63,375 bases of DNA from Candidatus Doudnabacteria bacterium RIFCSPHIGHO2_01_48_18 (GCA_001777515.1 MFEF01000028.1:1-63375); one strand, 5' to 3'; positions 8,354 through 17,642 are shown, numbered from the stretch's first letter. Notes: a model not told the origin generated them from the sequence alone. A program made the numbers and translations.

Positions 8354-9079
8354 ATGTCTGGTCATTCCAAATGGGCACAAATCAAGAGGCAAAAAGGCGC
8401 GGCAGACAAGAAAAAAGGACTGGTGTTTTCCAGATTTGCCAAGGAAATAGCAATCGCGGCCAAAAACAGCGGGGATCCTGGCAGCAATTTTAAGCTGCGC
8501 CTCGTGCTGGACCGCGCCAAACAGTCAGGCATGACCAAAGACGCGATGGAGCGGGCCATAAAACGCGGGACTGGCGAAGACAAAGACGCCGCCGCAATCG
8601 AAGATATAGTTTATGAAGGTTATGGCCCAGGCGGGACTGCAATTTATGTGCAGGCCGCTACTGACAGCACCAACCGCACCTATCAAAACATCAGGCATAT
8701 TTTCACTAAACACGGCGGCAACCTGGGCACCCAAGGGAGTGTCGCGTTTTTGTTCACCTCGCGCGGGCAGATTCTGGTGCCCAAAGAAGGAAACAGCAAT
8801 CTGGACGAAATTTCGCTTATGGCAATTGATCTTGGCGCGGAAGATGTGAGGCCATCAGAAGAGGGGCTGGAAATCTATACAGTACCCCTTGATCTGGAAA
8901 AAATAAAAAACGAGCTGGAGAAAAAACGAATCAGCGTTGCTGCAGCTGAGGTCATTATGCAGCCACAAAATACGGTGGATGTGACTGACGATCAGGTCAA
9001 AAAACAAATCGAGGATCTCGTCGCCGCGCTGGAGGATGACGAAGACGTGATCGCGGTTCATACCAACGCAACCTTATGA
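8354..9079 (+). CDS. YebC/PmpR family DNA-binding regulator
   Basis: MSGHSKWAQIKRQKGAADKKKG... is the canonical YebC N-terminus. 241 aa. Confidence 0.9.
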   Translation: MSGHSKWAQIKRQKGAADKKKGLVFSRFAKEIAIAAKNSGDPGSNFKLRLVLDRAKQSGMTKDAMERAIKRGTGEDKDAAAIEDIVYEGYGPGGTAIYVQAATDSTNRTYQNIRHIFTKHGGNLGTQGSVAFLFTSRGQILVPKEGNSNLDEISLMAIDLGAEDVRPSEEGLEIYTVPLDLEKIKNELEKKRISVAAAEVIMQPQNTVDVTDDQVKKQIEDLVAALEDDEDVIAVHTNATL

Positions 9080-9552
9080 GGATCCTGGGCATTGATCCCG
9101 GCACGGCAACGACCGGCTATGGCATTGTCGAATCAGACGGTCATAGCCTCAAGGCTCTCGAATTTGGCTGTCTCACTACCGCCAAGGCCAGTCCCTTGCC
9201 GGAGCGCTTGGAAGAAATTTACAAAGATCTCACCAGCCTCATCAAAAAGTACCGGCCAAATATTATGACAGTGGAATCAGTGTACTTTTATAACAATGTC
9301 AAAACCGCGATCGCGGTAGCGCAGGCCAGAGGTGTAGTACTTCTTTGCGCGCATCAAAACAAGATTCCAGTGCGGGAGTTTACTCCGCTCCAGGTCAAAA
9401 GCAATCTCACGAACTATGGCAAAGCTGAAAAAAAACAGGTCCAACAAATGGTCAAAACCTTGCTGAAACTAAATAGAATCCCGAAGCCAGACGACGCCGC
9501 CGACGCCCTCGCCCTCGCCATCTGCGGAGCGAATCAAAATTATGATCAGTAG
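9076..9552 (+). CDS. ruvC: Crossover junction endodeoxyribonuclease RuvC
   Basis: MRILGIDPGTATTGYGIV... with the C-terminal DAADALALAIC motif. Its start overlaps the yebC stop. Confidence 0.9.
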   Translation: MRILGIDPGTATTGYGIVESDGHSLKALEFGCLTTAKASPLPERLEEIYKDLTSLIKKYRPNIMTVESVYFYNNVKTAIAVAQARGVVLLCAHQNKIPVREFTPLQVKSNLTNYGKAEKKQVQQMVKTLLKLNRIPKPDDAADALALAICGANQNYDQ

Positions 9553-10195
9553 AAAGCCAGAGGGATATAAAGAGCTCTTGATCTACAAAAAAGCTGTGGA
9601 CGTGCAAGAGATGACTGTGGCTTTGACGAATTTATTTCCGCGGACCAAAAATATGCTGTCCTTGAAAGATCAGATGGATAGATCGGGTCGAAGTGGCGCG
9701 AAAAATATCATCGAAGGATGGAAACGGAATACAACAGGGGAGTATTTTCATTTTCTCGGGTATGCGATCGGGTCAATAGAAGAATTGAAAGATGACAGCG
9801 CAGATATTGCCAAAGCATTGTACAGAGAATTAATGGGAGTAAAGGGATTAATGGGCATTACACCCCTTACTCCCATTCGGCTCGAGTCTTTACGATTTTA
9901 TCCGCTTGATCCATCCTTGCCACCCATTGTTCAGCTTTACCTAAAATGCAAAGAACTCCTCATGCTGCTCAACAAACTGCAACGCTCACTCGATGCAAAA
10001 ATGACCAAGGAAATGACAAAATCTGTTCACAGTCGCACCCGTGAACGCTTTCAGAATGATAAATTTGGCGAACACAAATTAAAAACTGAGCTATCTTCGC
10101 TCGGCCTCGTCCGCCTTGCCAATGGTCAATTTATTTCCAAGGAAGAATTCAACTCCCGAATCGCCTCTGGCGAAAAACTTGAATTATTTGATTAG
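9542..10195 (+). CDS. Four-helix-bundle (23S rRNA IVS / Avd-like) protein with insertion and C-terminal extension
   Basis: The N-terminal half (LIYKKAVDV...FPRTKNMLSLKDQMDRSGRSGAKNIIEGWKR...FLGYAIGSIEELKD) fits the four-helix-bundle family. At 217 aa it is about twice the usual length. Confidence 0.6.
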   Translation: MISRKPEGYKELLIYKKAVDVQEMTVALTNLFPRTKNMLSLKDQMDRSGRSGAKNIIEGWKRNTTGEYFHFLGYAIGSIEELKDDSADIAKALYRELMGVKGLMGITPLTPIRLESLRFYPLDPSLPPIVQLYLKCKELLMLLNKLQRSLDAKMTKEMTKSVHSRTRERFQNDKFGEHKLKTELSSLGLVRLANGQFISKEEFNSRIASGEKLELFD

Positions 10196-10386
10196 AAATT
10201 ACCGCCAGAGAAAACTTTACCTTTGTAATTGCAGTATACACCAAACGGAGTCTTCTCACTTTGACCTCCAGCATCCACGCACTGCTGATAGTTTTCTGGT
10301 CCTTCAAATTTATACCCCGACTGGCTAAAATAAAACAGCAGACCTACCACACCTAAAATGATTAAAATTATTATAGTTCTCTTCAT
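10192..10386 (-). CDS. Small secreted/membrane protein, hypothetical
   Basis: 64 aa with an N-terminal hydrophobic helix and two Cys. It lies immediately downstream of tyrS, with a stop/start overlap. Confidence 0.45.
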   Translation of the reverse strand: MKRTIIILIILGVVGLLFYFSQSGYKFEGPENYQQCVDAGGQSEKTPFGVYCNYKGKVFSGGNF

Positions 10387-11561
10387 ATAATTCTCAAAAA
10401 CCGCTTGCCTAACCTTATTAAACTTCCTTTTGTAAGGCTAACCTTAGCTTCGAAGTCTTTGATTTTACTGTCATCAATTTCGACTGCACCTTCGGCGATC
10501 TTGCGCCTAGCCTCGGATTTGGAAACAGCCAATTTGCCTTCAACCAGGATATCCAAAATCGGGTAGCTTCCAGCAGCTTTTTTTAATTCGAAATCCGCGC
10601 TAATCTCGCCTTTGTTTTTTCCAAATTTGGCTTCGAAAACATCCGCGGCTTTTTGCGCCGCATCTTTGCCGTGATATATCTTCACGATTTCCTTACCCAA
10701 AGTCACTTTGGCCATGCGCGGGTTCAAGACCTTGTTCTTCAGGTCATCAGCCATAGCAAGATACTCTTGCTCGGGCACCTCAGTGCATAGTTCAAAATAA
10801 TGAATAATCAATTCGTCTGGAATCGACATGACTTTGCCAAACATTTCTGTGGCTGAATCACGCAGAGAAATGTAATTACTCAGGGTCTTGCTCATTTTCT
10901 CTTTGCCATCGAGCCCAATAAGATATTTGAGAAGAATTACATCCTGCTCAGGCAGGCCAAAGGCTTTCTGGATTCTGCGGCCCATGAGGAGATTGAATTT
11001 CTGTTCCATGGCCCCCAGTTCCACGTCTGCCTTAACCGCCACGCTGTCATAGCCCTGGAGCAGCGGATAGAGAATCTCGTGCGCGAAAAATGGCTGATCA
11101 TGCTCAATGCGCTCGGCAAAAGTTTCGTGCGCCATGAGCTGCTGCACGGAAACCTGGGACGCGAGCCTGACCACTTCCTTGAGACCGAATTTTTTAAACC
11201 ATTCGCTCTGCAGATGAATCTCGGTCTTCGCCTTATCTAAAATGAGGTGCGCCTGGTCAAAAAAGTGCTTGGCATTGGCTGCGACCTGTTTTTCCGTGAG
11301 CCCCTGTCGTGTCTTGTCTTTTCCTGACGGGTCGCCAATCTGCGCGGTCCAATCGCCGATGATAAAAACGGCCTTGTGGCCGGCGTCCTGAAATTCGCGC
11401 AGCTTCCACAGCGTAACGGCGTGGCCGAGATGCAGATCCGCGCCCGTCGGATCAATGCCGAGCTTCACACGCAATTTCTTTTTTGATTTCAGAGCGGCGG
11501 TTAGATGGCTTTTGTCGATAGTTTCCGTAACGCGCCTGCTCAAAAGAGAGTCTATATCCAT
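10383..11561 (-). CDS. tyrS: Tyrosine--tRNA ligase
   Basis: HIGH-type motif (DLHLGHAV), KMSKT motif and a C-terminal S4-like domain. 392 aa. Confidence 0.9.
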   Translation of the reverse strand: MDIDSLLSRRVTETIDKSHLTAALKSKKKLRVKLGIDPTGADLHLGHAVTLWKLREFQDAGHKAVFIIGDWTAQIGDPSGKDKTRQGLTEKQVAANAKHFFDQAHLILDKAKTEIHLQSEWFKKFGLKEVVRLASQVSVQQLMAHETFAERIEHDQPFFAHEILYPLLQGYDSVAVKADVELGAMEQKFNLLMGRRIQKAFGLPEQDVILLKYLIGLDGKEKMSKTLSNYISLRDSATEMFGKVMSIPDELIIHYFELCTEVPEQEYLAMADDLKNKVLNPRMAKVTLGKEIVKIYHGKDAAQKAADVFEAKFGKNKGEISADFELKKAAGSYPILDILVEGKLAVSKSEARRKIAEGAVEIDDSKIKDFEAKVSLTKGSLIRLGKRFLRII

Positions 11562-11568
11562 ACTTTAA

Positions 11569-11577
11569 ATTATACCA
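11569..11577 (-). promoter_or_regulatory. Extended -10 (TGgTATAAT) 7 nt before the tyrS ATG (leaderless-type)
   Basis: The minus strand reads TGGTATAAT-ttaaagt-ATG. Confidence 0.45.
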
Positions 11578-11584
11578 TGTTTAT

Positions 11585-11592
11585 TGTATAAT
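11585..11592 (+). promoter_or_regulatory. -10 box (TGTATAAT) 9 nt before the PBP1A ATG at 11602
   Basis: TATAAT at 11587-11592 preceded by TG. No SD is present. Confidence 0.4.
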
Positions 11593-11601
11593 AAAATTCA
11601 C

Positions 11602-14421
11602 ATGACGAGTTTTTATCGCGGTTGGAAAAGTTCATCTACTCCGCCACTCTTGCGAAGGCCGAGGCGTGAAGGCGCCTCCAGGCCCCGCAAGTTTTTTGCG
11701 TTTATCGGTTATCTGCTTGGCCGGTTCTTCCGCATTAAAGGAATCCTCAAAAAACTTATCGTCGCCGGCTTATTTGCCGGCATTGTGGGTTTTATTCTCT
11801 TCGGTTCCGTGTTTGCCTATTATTCTTTTCAGGTTCCTGACCCCAATAAGCTCATCGAGCGAGAGACAATCGAATCAACGAAAATCTTGGATCGAAACGG
11901 GAAGCAGCTTTATGAACTCTACGATGAAGAAAAACGCGACCTCATAAATCTCAGCGAAATCCCCGAGCATGTCAAAGAGGCGACGGTGGCAATAGAGGAT
12001 AAAAATTTTTACACCCACAAAGGCATTAGCATTACTGGCATCATTCGGTCCGTAATCGTTAATATTTTGACCGCAAGTAAGAGCCAGGGAGGATCCACGA
12101 TCACCCAGCAGTTTGTCCGCAATTCAGTCTTGACTCTGGAAAAAAGCTGGCGGCGCAAGATCAAAGAGATCGCGCTGTCGCTCCAGATTGAACGCAAATA
12201 TTCCAAAGACGAAATATTGCAGCTGTATCTAAATGAAATTCCTTACGGCTCCAATGCTTACGGCGTCGAGGCCGCGGCGCAAACTTTCTTTGGCAAGAGC
12301 GTGCGCGAGGTCAGTCTGGTGGAAGCGGCTTATCTCGCCGCGCTGCCTCAGGCCCCCTCGTACTATTCGCCGTTTGGACCGAACCGGGAGACCTTGGACG
12401 GCCGCGCTGACACCGTGCTCGCGGCCATGGCGCAGCAGGGCTATATCACTGAGGAGGAAAAAGAAACCGCGCAAAAGCAGCAGGTAGAGTTCCGCCAGCT
12501 TGGCCGCGGCATTCTCGCTCCGCATTTTGTTTTGTATATCCAGGATTTGCTGGCAAAGACCTACGGTGACATTAGTCTCAGGCGAGACGGCCTCAAGGTC
12601 ACGACAACACTTGATCTGGATCTGCAGCAAAAGGCCGAAGAAATCGTGGCTCGTCACGTTGCAGACGCGGAAAATAAATACAATGCGACCAATGCCTCAT
12701 TGGTGGCGATCGATCCCAGGACAGGGCAAATACTGGCCATGGTCGGTAGTCATGATTATTTTGACGAAGATCATGACGGCGCTGTAAACATCGCCCTTCG
12801 TCCGCTGCAGCCAGGCTCCTCGTTCAAGCCCTATGTGTACGCAACCGCGTTCAAAGAAGGGATGAGTCCGGCAACCATGCTCATGGATGTCACTACAAAT
12901 TTTGGCGATTTTGGCGGCAAGGAATACATTCCCGGCAACTATGACGGTAAAAATTATGGACCGCTTTCGATTCGCAAAGCCCTGCAAGGATCCCTAAATA
13001 TTCCCGCGGTAAAGACTCTGATTCTCACTGGTATCGAAGATTCCATCGCGACCGCGGAAAGCATGGGTATTACTACGCTAAAGGACCGCTCCCGTTTCGG
13101 TCCCTCAATAGTGCTGGGCGGGGCAGAGGTGAAGCTTCTTGAGCACACGGCCGCTTACGGCGTGTTTGCCGCGGGTGGCGTCAAACATGACACAGTTTCA
13201 ATTCTCAAGATCGAGGACAAGGAAGGAGAGATTTTGGAAGAATACAAAGAATCGCAAGGCCGTGAGGTTCTCGATCCACAGATCGCCTACCAGATCACTC
13301 ATGTTTTGTCTGACAATGATTCGCGTGTTTACATTTTCGGGAGAAACAATCGCTTGCAGCTTCCTGGCCGGCCAGTTGCCGCCAAAACCGGAACTACTCA
13401 GGAATACCGCGATGCCTGGACTATGGGCTACACTCCGTCATTGACCGCGGGCGTATGGATGGGAAACAATGATCATTCCGCCATGAAAGGGGGCGCGTCC
13501 GGCTCTCTTGTGGCCGCCGCGATTTGGCAAGAATTCATGATCAAGGCTCACGAGGGCAAACCAGTGGAACAGTTCACGAGGCCCGAAGGAATCACGGAAA
13601 TAGCCGTTGACAGCGTTTCCGGAAAACTGCCGACCGCGCATACTCCGGAAACAAAAACAGAAATTTTTGCGAGTTTTAACATCCCGGCTGAATATGATGA
13701 CGTGCACATTGTAGCCAATATAAACGGAGTTCTGCAGCCTTTCACCGTGCTTCGCTCAGAACAGCCAGACAACCCATCGTGGGAAGACCCGGTCCGGTTC
13801 TGGGCTTTAGCCAATGGCTATTTTTATCCTCCGGACGGCAGCACCACGGAGCAACCTCGAACCGATAACACTATAAGCATCAATATCAAAACCCCGCCGG
13901 CCGTAACCGCGGTGCCGTGGGGGTTTAGCGCTGAGGTGGCCGCGAGCCTGCAAATCAACGAAGTCAGATTTCTTTTAAACGGCCGCCTGCTTGGTGCGGA
14001 TTCATCCGCGCCTTATGAATATACGGGTTCCGAAAATCATGTGGACGGCAATCACCAGATCACGGTGCAGGTGCAGACCGCTGGGAACCGCACCAGTCAA
14101 AAAATTGGCGCTATAAATTTCGCGCTCGGTAAACCGCTTTTGCTTCTTGAGCCCCTCGACAACCAGGTTTTAAATTTCCCGGCCAATGTCACGCTCGAGG
14201 CCAAAGATGACATGGGCGCTGACGCGGTCGAATTTTACCGGCGCAGCGCCGCCGGCATCGAAACCAAACTTTCCGGAACAGTGAGCAAAAAGCGCTTCTC
14301 AGGCATTTACCATTACACTCTAAACTGGGCTGCCTCGGAAAAACCCGGAGCCGGAAGCTACAGCATCTATACTAAGACTCCTGGCGGCAAAAGCAACGAA
14401 GTAACCATAAAAATTCCTTAG
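11602..14421 (+). CDS. Class A penicillin-binding protein (glycosyltransferase + transpeptidase) with C-terminal Ig-like domains
   Basis: GT51 motifs (EDKNFYTHKGI, GGSTITQQ) and transpeptidase motifs (SSFKP, KTGT) are present. The start was set to the ATG at 11602 rather than the TTG at 11584. Confidence 0.9.
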   Translation: MTSFYRGWKSSSTPPLLRRPRREGASRPRKFFAFIGYLLGRFFRIKGILKKLIVAGLFAGIVGFILFGSVFAYYSFQVPDPNKLIERETIESTKILDRNGKQLYELYDEEKRDLINLSEIPEHVKEATVAIEDKNFYTHKGISITGIIRSVIVNILTASKSQGGSTITQQFVRNSVLTLEKSWRRKIKEIALSLQIERKYSKDEILQLYLNEIPYGSNAYGVEAAAQTFFGKSVREVSLVEAAYLAALPQAPSYYSPFGPNRETLDGRADTVLAAMAQQGYITEEEKETAQKQQVEFRQLGRGILAPHFVLYIQDLLAKTYGDISLRRDGLKVTTTLDLDLQQKAEEIVARHVADAENKYNATNASLVAIDPRTGQILAMVGSHDYFDEDHDGAVNIALRPLQPGSSFKPYVYATAFKEGMSPATMLMDVTTNFGDFGGKEYIPGNYDGKNYGPLSIRKALQGSLNIPAVKTLILTGIEDSIATAESMGITTLKDRSRFGPSIVLGGAEVKLLEHTAAYGVFAAGGVKHDTVSILKIEDKEGEILEEYKESQGREVLDPQIAYQITHVLSDNDSRVYIFGRNNRLQLPGRPVAAKTGTTQEYRDAWTMGYTPSLTAGVWMGNNDHSAMKGGASGSLVAAAIWQEFMIKAHEGKPVEQFTRPEGITEIAVDSVSGKLPTAHTPETKTEIFASFNIPAEYDDVHIVANINGVLQPFTVLRSEQPDNPSWEDPVRFWALANGYFYPPDGSTTEQPRTDNTISINIKTPPAVTAVPWGFSAEVAASLQINEVRFLLNGRLLGADSSAPYEYTGSENHVDGNHQITVQVQTAGNRTSQKIGAINFALGKPLLLLEPLDNQVLNFPANVTLEAKDDMGADAVEFYRRSAAGIETKLSGTVSKKRFSGIYHYTLNWAASEKPGAGSYSIYTKTPGGKSNEVTIKIP

Positions 14422-14423
14422 CT

Positions 14424-15707
14424 ATGTTTGAGCTCGGCATCGCCATCGGACTCCTCTTTTTCCTTATACTGTCCATAATCAAAAGGGAGCTGGGGATCTA
14501 CCTAATTATTTTACTTTTGCCGACGTACCAAATCAGGTTCGAAGTTTTTGGTATTCCCGCGACCTTTCTTGAGGCCATTATTTTAACAATGGCTGCGGTG
14601 GTGTCTTTTTCGATTATTCTGTCATTGCGAACGCAAGGGCGCGCGGCAATCTCGGAGTTGCTTCGTCGCACAGCTCCTCGCAATGATAAAACGGTTTCGA
14701 TTTTCATTTTTCTCTTTTTGCTGGCCGCGGGGATCTCAGTATTTGTGGCGCCGGATACTGTGAGGGCCGCGGGGATCTTCAAGGCTTATTTTTTTGAAGC
14801 TGTCCTGTTTTATTTTTTAGTTAGGGTCGTTATTGATACCCGGGAAAAACTCGAAAATGCGTTTCGTGCCGTATCATATCTTGTTTTGTACCTTTCGGTT
14901 TTCGGGCTCTACCAGTTTGCTACTCTCGCCAACCTGCCTTCGTCCTGGTGGGCTGTGGATGTGGCTTCACGGCGCATTGTTTCGCTTCTAAATCATCCCA
15001 ACGCGCTTGCTTTGGTGCTGGGACCATTGCTTGCCATGCTGATCATCAAAAGATACAAGAACAAACTGGCTCGGGCCGCAATCATTTTCGGCGCCATAGC
15101 ATTTTATCTGACCTTTTCCCGGGCAGGATGGCTCGCCTTTGTGGCTACCATTGGCGGATTTCTCGTAATGAATTCTGTTACTCGAAAAAACCTGCAAAAA
15201 AGTTTTGTGGTGATTGTTGCCGCGGCTATTTTAGTTTTGGCGATTCCTTTTTCCCGAGCCAAACTGCTGGAGCTGACGCGCGCTGACGATCCATCGAAAC
15301 AAAATCGCTATGTGCTGTGGTCTGCGGCGGCGGATATCCTAAAGCAGCATCCTCTGACAGGCGTGGGTCTCATGGGTTTCCGCGAGGCCTACAAAAGCTA
15401 CCCGTTAGGACCGGACAGGGTCGTGCAAAACTACCCGCATAATTTTTTTCTCAATTTCTGGCTGGAGACCGGGCTGCTGGGACTGCTCAGCATGCTCGGC
15501 CTGCTCATTTTGTTCGCAAAAAAAATCCGCGCCCTGGCGCGAACTGAATATCGCGGCCTGGCTCTGGCTGCCGCGGCCGGCATGACCATGATTGTTCTGC
15601 ACTCTCTTGTTGACGTTTCTTATTTTAAAAACGACCTGGCAGTTTTATTTTGGCTGATATATTCTCTGCCATTTGTATCTATCTTTAGCTCGCCGTCTTC
15701 GGCTTGA
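14424..15707 (+). CDS. O-antigen ligase (Wzy_C) family membrane protein
   Basis: Polytopic membrane protein with a central loop region typical of O-antigen ligase/O-oligosaccharyltransferase-like proteins (FSRAGWLAF..., YPHNFFLNFWLETG). Confidence 0.65.
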   Translation: MFELGIAIGLLFFLILSIIKRELGIYLIILLLPTYQIRFEVFGIPATFLEAIILTMAAVVSFSIILSLRTQGRAAISELLRRTAPRNDKTVSIFIFLFLLAAGISVFVAPDTVRAAGIFKAYFFEAVLFYFLVRVVIDTREKLENAFRAVSYLVLYLSVFGLYQFATLANLPSSWWAVDVASRRIVSLLNHPNALALVLGPLLAMLIIKRYKNKLARAAIIFGAIAFYLTFSRAGWLAFVATIGGFLVMNSVTRKNLQKSFVVIVAAAILVLAIPFSRAKLLELTRADDPSKQNRYVLWSAAADILKQHPLTGVGLMGFREAYKSYPLGPDRVVQNYPHNFFLNFWLETGLLGLLSMLGLLILFAKKIRALARTEYRGLALAAAAGMTMIVLHSLVDVSYFKNDLAVLFWLIYSLPFVSIFSSPSSA

Positions 15708-16143
15708 TCAGCACGCGGCGCTCTGGCTCCTGTCCAATTGATTCTGACATGATGTCCGGCAGCGCTCCAATCTCCGCGTGCACGACTCTGCGTTCGTAGG
15801 CTGACATCGGTTTTAAAAGCAGGTTCTCTTTTGTTTCTCTGACCCGGGCCGCAGCTTGTCTCGCGAGCTCCCGCAAAAACTCTTCGCGGGATTTTTTATA
15901 ATTTTCCACGTCCACAACAAATTGAACCGATTCGCCAAGTTTCTTGTACGCGAGCAGTCTTCCGAGGTATTGTAGAGCGCCCAGATTTGCGCCGTGCTGG
16001 CCAATCAGCATAGCACTGTCATTCGTTCGTAAATTAAAAATCACGGTTTCTTCGAGAAACCGCTGTTCAATCTCTGCTGTGATTCCCATCTTGGCCAAAA
16101 GCTCCAGCAGAACCTGCTTTATCGCTTCGTACTTTTCATCCAT
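15685..16143 (-). CDS. jag: Jag-like KH/R3H RNA-binding protein
   Basis: KH-like region plus an R3H motif (ERRVVHAEI). It sits in the conserved position downstream of yidC. The start was set to the ATG at 16143. Confidence 0.8.
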   Translation of the reverse strand: MDEKYEAIKQVLLELLAKMGITAEIEQRFLEETVIFNLRTNDSAMLIGQHGANLGALQYLGRLLAYKKLGESVQFVVDVENYKKSREEFLRELARQAAARVRETKENLLLKPMSAYERRVVHAEIGALPDIMSESIGQEPERRVLIKPKTAS

Positions 16144-16145
16144 AT

Positions 16146-16841
16146 TTATGCATTTACGTTCCGTTTTCTCATTATATACCACTGCTGACCGATGGCAAAG
16201 AGCGTGGTAATGATCCAGTACAGCGACAGCCCAGCGGGCAGAGACATAGCTACGACCACAGTAATAATCGGCATCACATAGGTAAATTGCATATTCATCA
16301 TGGACGCAGTGCTGTCCTTGGGTTTGATTTTGGGTGCCATCAGTTTGGACTGCACAAACTGGGAAAAACCAGCAATAAGCGCGAATGCCAGATTAGGGTT
16401 GGCGAGCTCAATCAAGCCAAAAAGCTGGGTATTGATGGTCCCGGGATTGGTCACGAACGGGTAAAGTTCTCCCGCGATCTGGCCAGAGAGGCCAGTGCGA
16501 AACACGCTATAGAGAGCGATCAGAATTGGCAACTGGACCAATAGGGGTAGGCAGGAGGAAAACGGATTAATTTTATTTTCCTGATAAAAAGCGAGGATCG
16601 CTTTGGTTTCCGCTTCCTTGTCGCCCTTGTGTTTGGCTTTGATTTCTTCAAGCTTGGGCTGGAGCTGCTGCAATTCTTTTTGCGCCTTGAGAGATTTTTG
16701 GAACGATGGAAACAGCAGCAATCGCACCAGCAGTGTCACCGCGATAATCGCGAGGCCGATATCGCTTCCCGGCAAAACATTATAAAACCAAATCAAAAGA
16801 TTTAGTAAAGGCTTGGTGAGAATGATATGAAAAATGTTCAT
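16146..16841 (-). CDS. yidC: Membrane protein insertase YidC (short form)
   Basis: Conserved YidC/Oxa1 core with synteny to yidD and rnpA. 231 aa. Confidence 0.9.
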   Translation of the reverse strand: MNIFHIILTKPLLNLLIWFYNVLPGSDIGLAIIAVTLLVRLLLFPSFQKSLKAQKELQQLQPKLEEIKAKHKGDKEAETKAILAFYQENKINPFSSCLPLLVQLPILIALYSVFRTGLSGQIAGELYPFVTNPGTINTQLFGLIELANPNLAFALIAGFSQFVQSKLMAPKIKPKDSTASMMNMQFTYVMPIITVVVAMSLPAGLSLYWIITTLFAIGQQWYIMRKRNVNA

Positions 16842-17080
16842 GCCTTTTTGGTTATTGGATCATACGCGGGGGTTGATAGCGGGTTACAGCGCAGGACTCG
16901 CAGGATCGCCCTAACCGCTCCGCGGATCCCATCTGCGGCGATGCTTTGCTTGGCATATTCTGAACAGCTCGGACTGAAGCGGCAGTAGCCATAGGGATAT
17001 TTTGCCTTTCCCCAACTGCTGTGATCAGGAGAAAAAAAACGCTGGTAATAATTTATGAGGCTAATAAATATTTTTTTCAT
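16838..17080 (-). CDS. yidD: Membrane protein insertion efficiency factor YidD
   Basis: YQRFFSP...CRFSPSCSEYA motif. 80 aa. Confidence 0.9.
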   Translation of the reverse strand: MKKIFISLINYYQRFFSPDHSSWGKAKYPYGYCRFSPSCSEYAKQSIAADGIRGAVRAILRVLRCNPLSTPAYDPITKKA

Positions 17081-17418
17081 GTGATTAAACCCAATCGCCT
17101 GATCAATTGTATCAGTTCTGCGCGAATTTCGCTCGGGGGAGCGTGTTTCGCGCCGCCACGGCCCTGGATAACAATGTCATGACCCGCCTTGATTGCTTTG
17201 ATGTGAACACGGACTTCGTCCCGCAAAATCCTTTTGAGCCGGTTGCGCTGCGTGCTCAACGGCAAATCTTTCTTAGAAACAACAAAACCAAAACGATTAA
17301 CGTTTTGGTTTGAGCGTGCGACTATGATCCGCAGACTGCGCCCCTGGACGCGGCGGCCCTTCTTATAAATAAGCGCAAAATCCTTTTCTTGGGTAAGCCT
17401 AAAAGATGCGGGCAGCAT
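17077..17418 (-). CDS. rnpA: Ribonuclease P protein component
   Basis: Basic 113-aa protein in the conserved rpmH-rnpA-yidD context. Confidence 0.85.
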   Translation of the reverse strand: MLPASFRLTQEKDFALIYKKGRRVQGRSLRIIVARSNQNVNRFGFVVSKKDLPLSTQRNRLKRILRDEVRVHIKAIKAGHDIVIQGRGGAKHAPPSEIRAELIQLIRRLGLIT

Positions 17419-17552
17419 TAGATGGTTAAACGCTCGCGCTTCTTGAGTCTTCTGGCGCTTATAACACGGCGGCCGGTGCGGCTTTTCATGCGTTTTCTAA
17501 ATCCATGACTGCGCGCGCGATGTTTTTTCTTTGGTTGGTAGGTTCGTTTCAT
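17418..17552 (-). CDS. rpmH: 50S ribosomal protein L34
   Basis: Hand translation gives [44 protein letters not shown] (44 aa). The stop overlaps the rnpA start (TAATG). It is below the ORF-track cutoff. Confidence 0.9.
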   Translation of the reverse strand: MKRTYQPKKKHRARSHGFRKRMKSRTGRRVISARRLKKRERLTI

Positions 17553-17642
17553 GAACTGTGGCTGGTATTAATTATGAAAAACAATAAATAAATTATATAT
17601 GAGTTTGCTGCTTTTAGAAAGAGTGTAACAATCATGCACTAG

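Noticed and set aside
9542-10386. A diversity-generating retroelement, suggested by the Avd-like four-helix-bundle gene.
   Set aside because: No reverse transcriptase ORF and no template/variable repeat pair could be seen anywhere in the window.
10383-11601. A T-box or other riboswitch leader for tyrS (and likewise for valS at 56178..56213).
   Set aside because: The upstream non-coding space is only about 40 nt for tyrS and essentially none for valS, which is far too short for a T-box.
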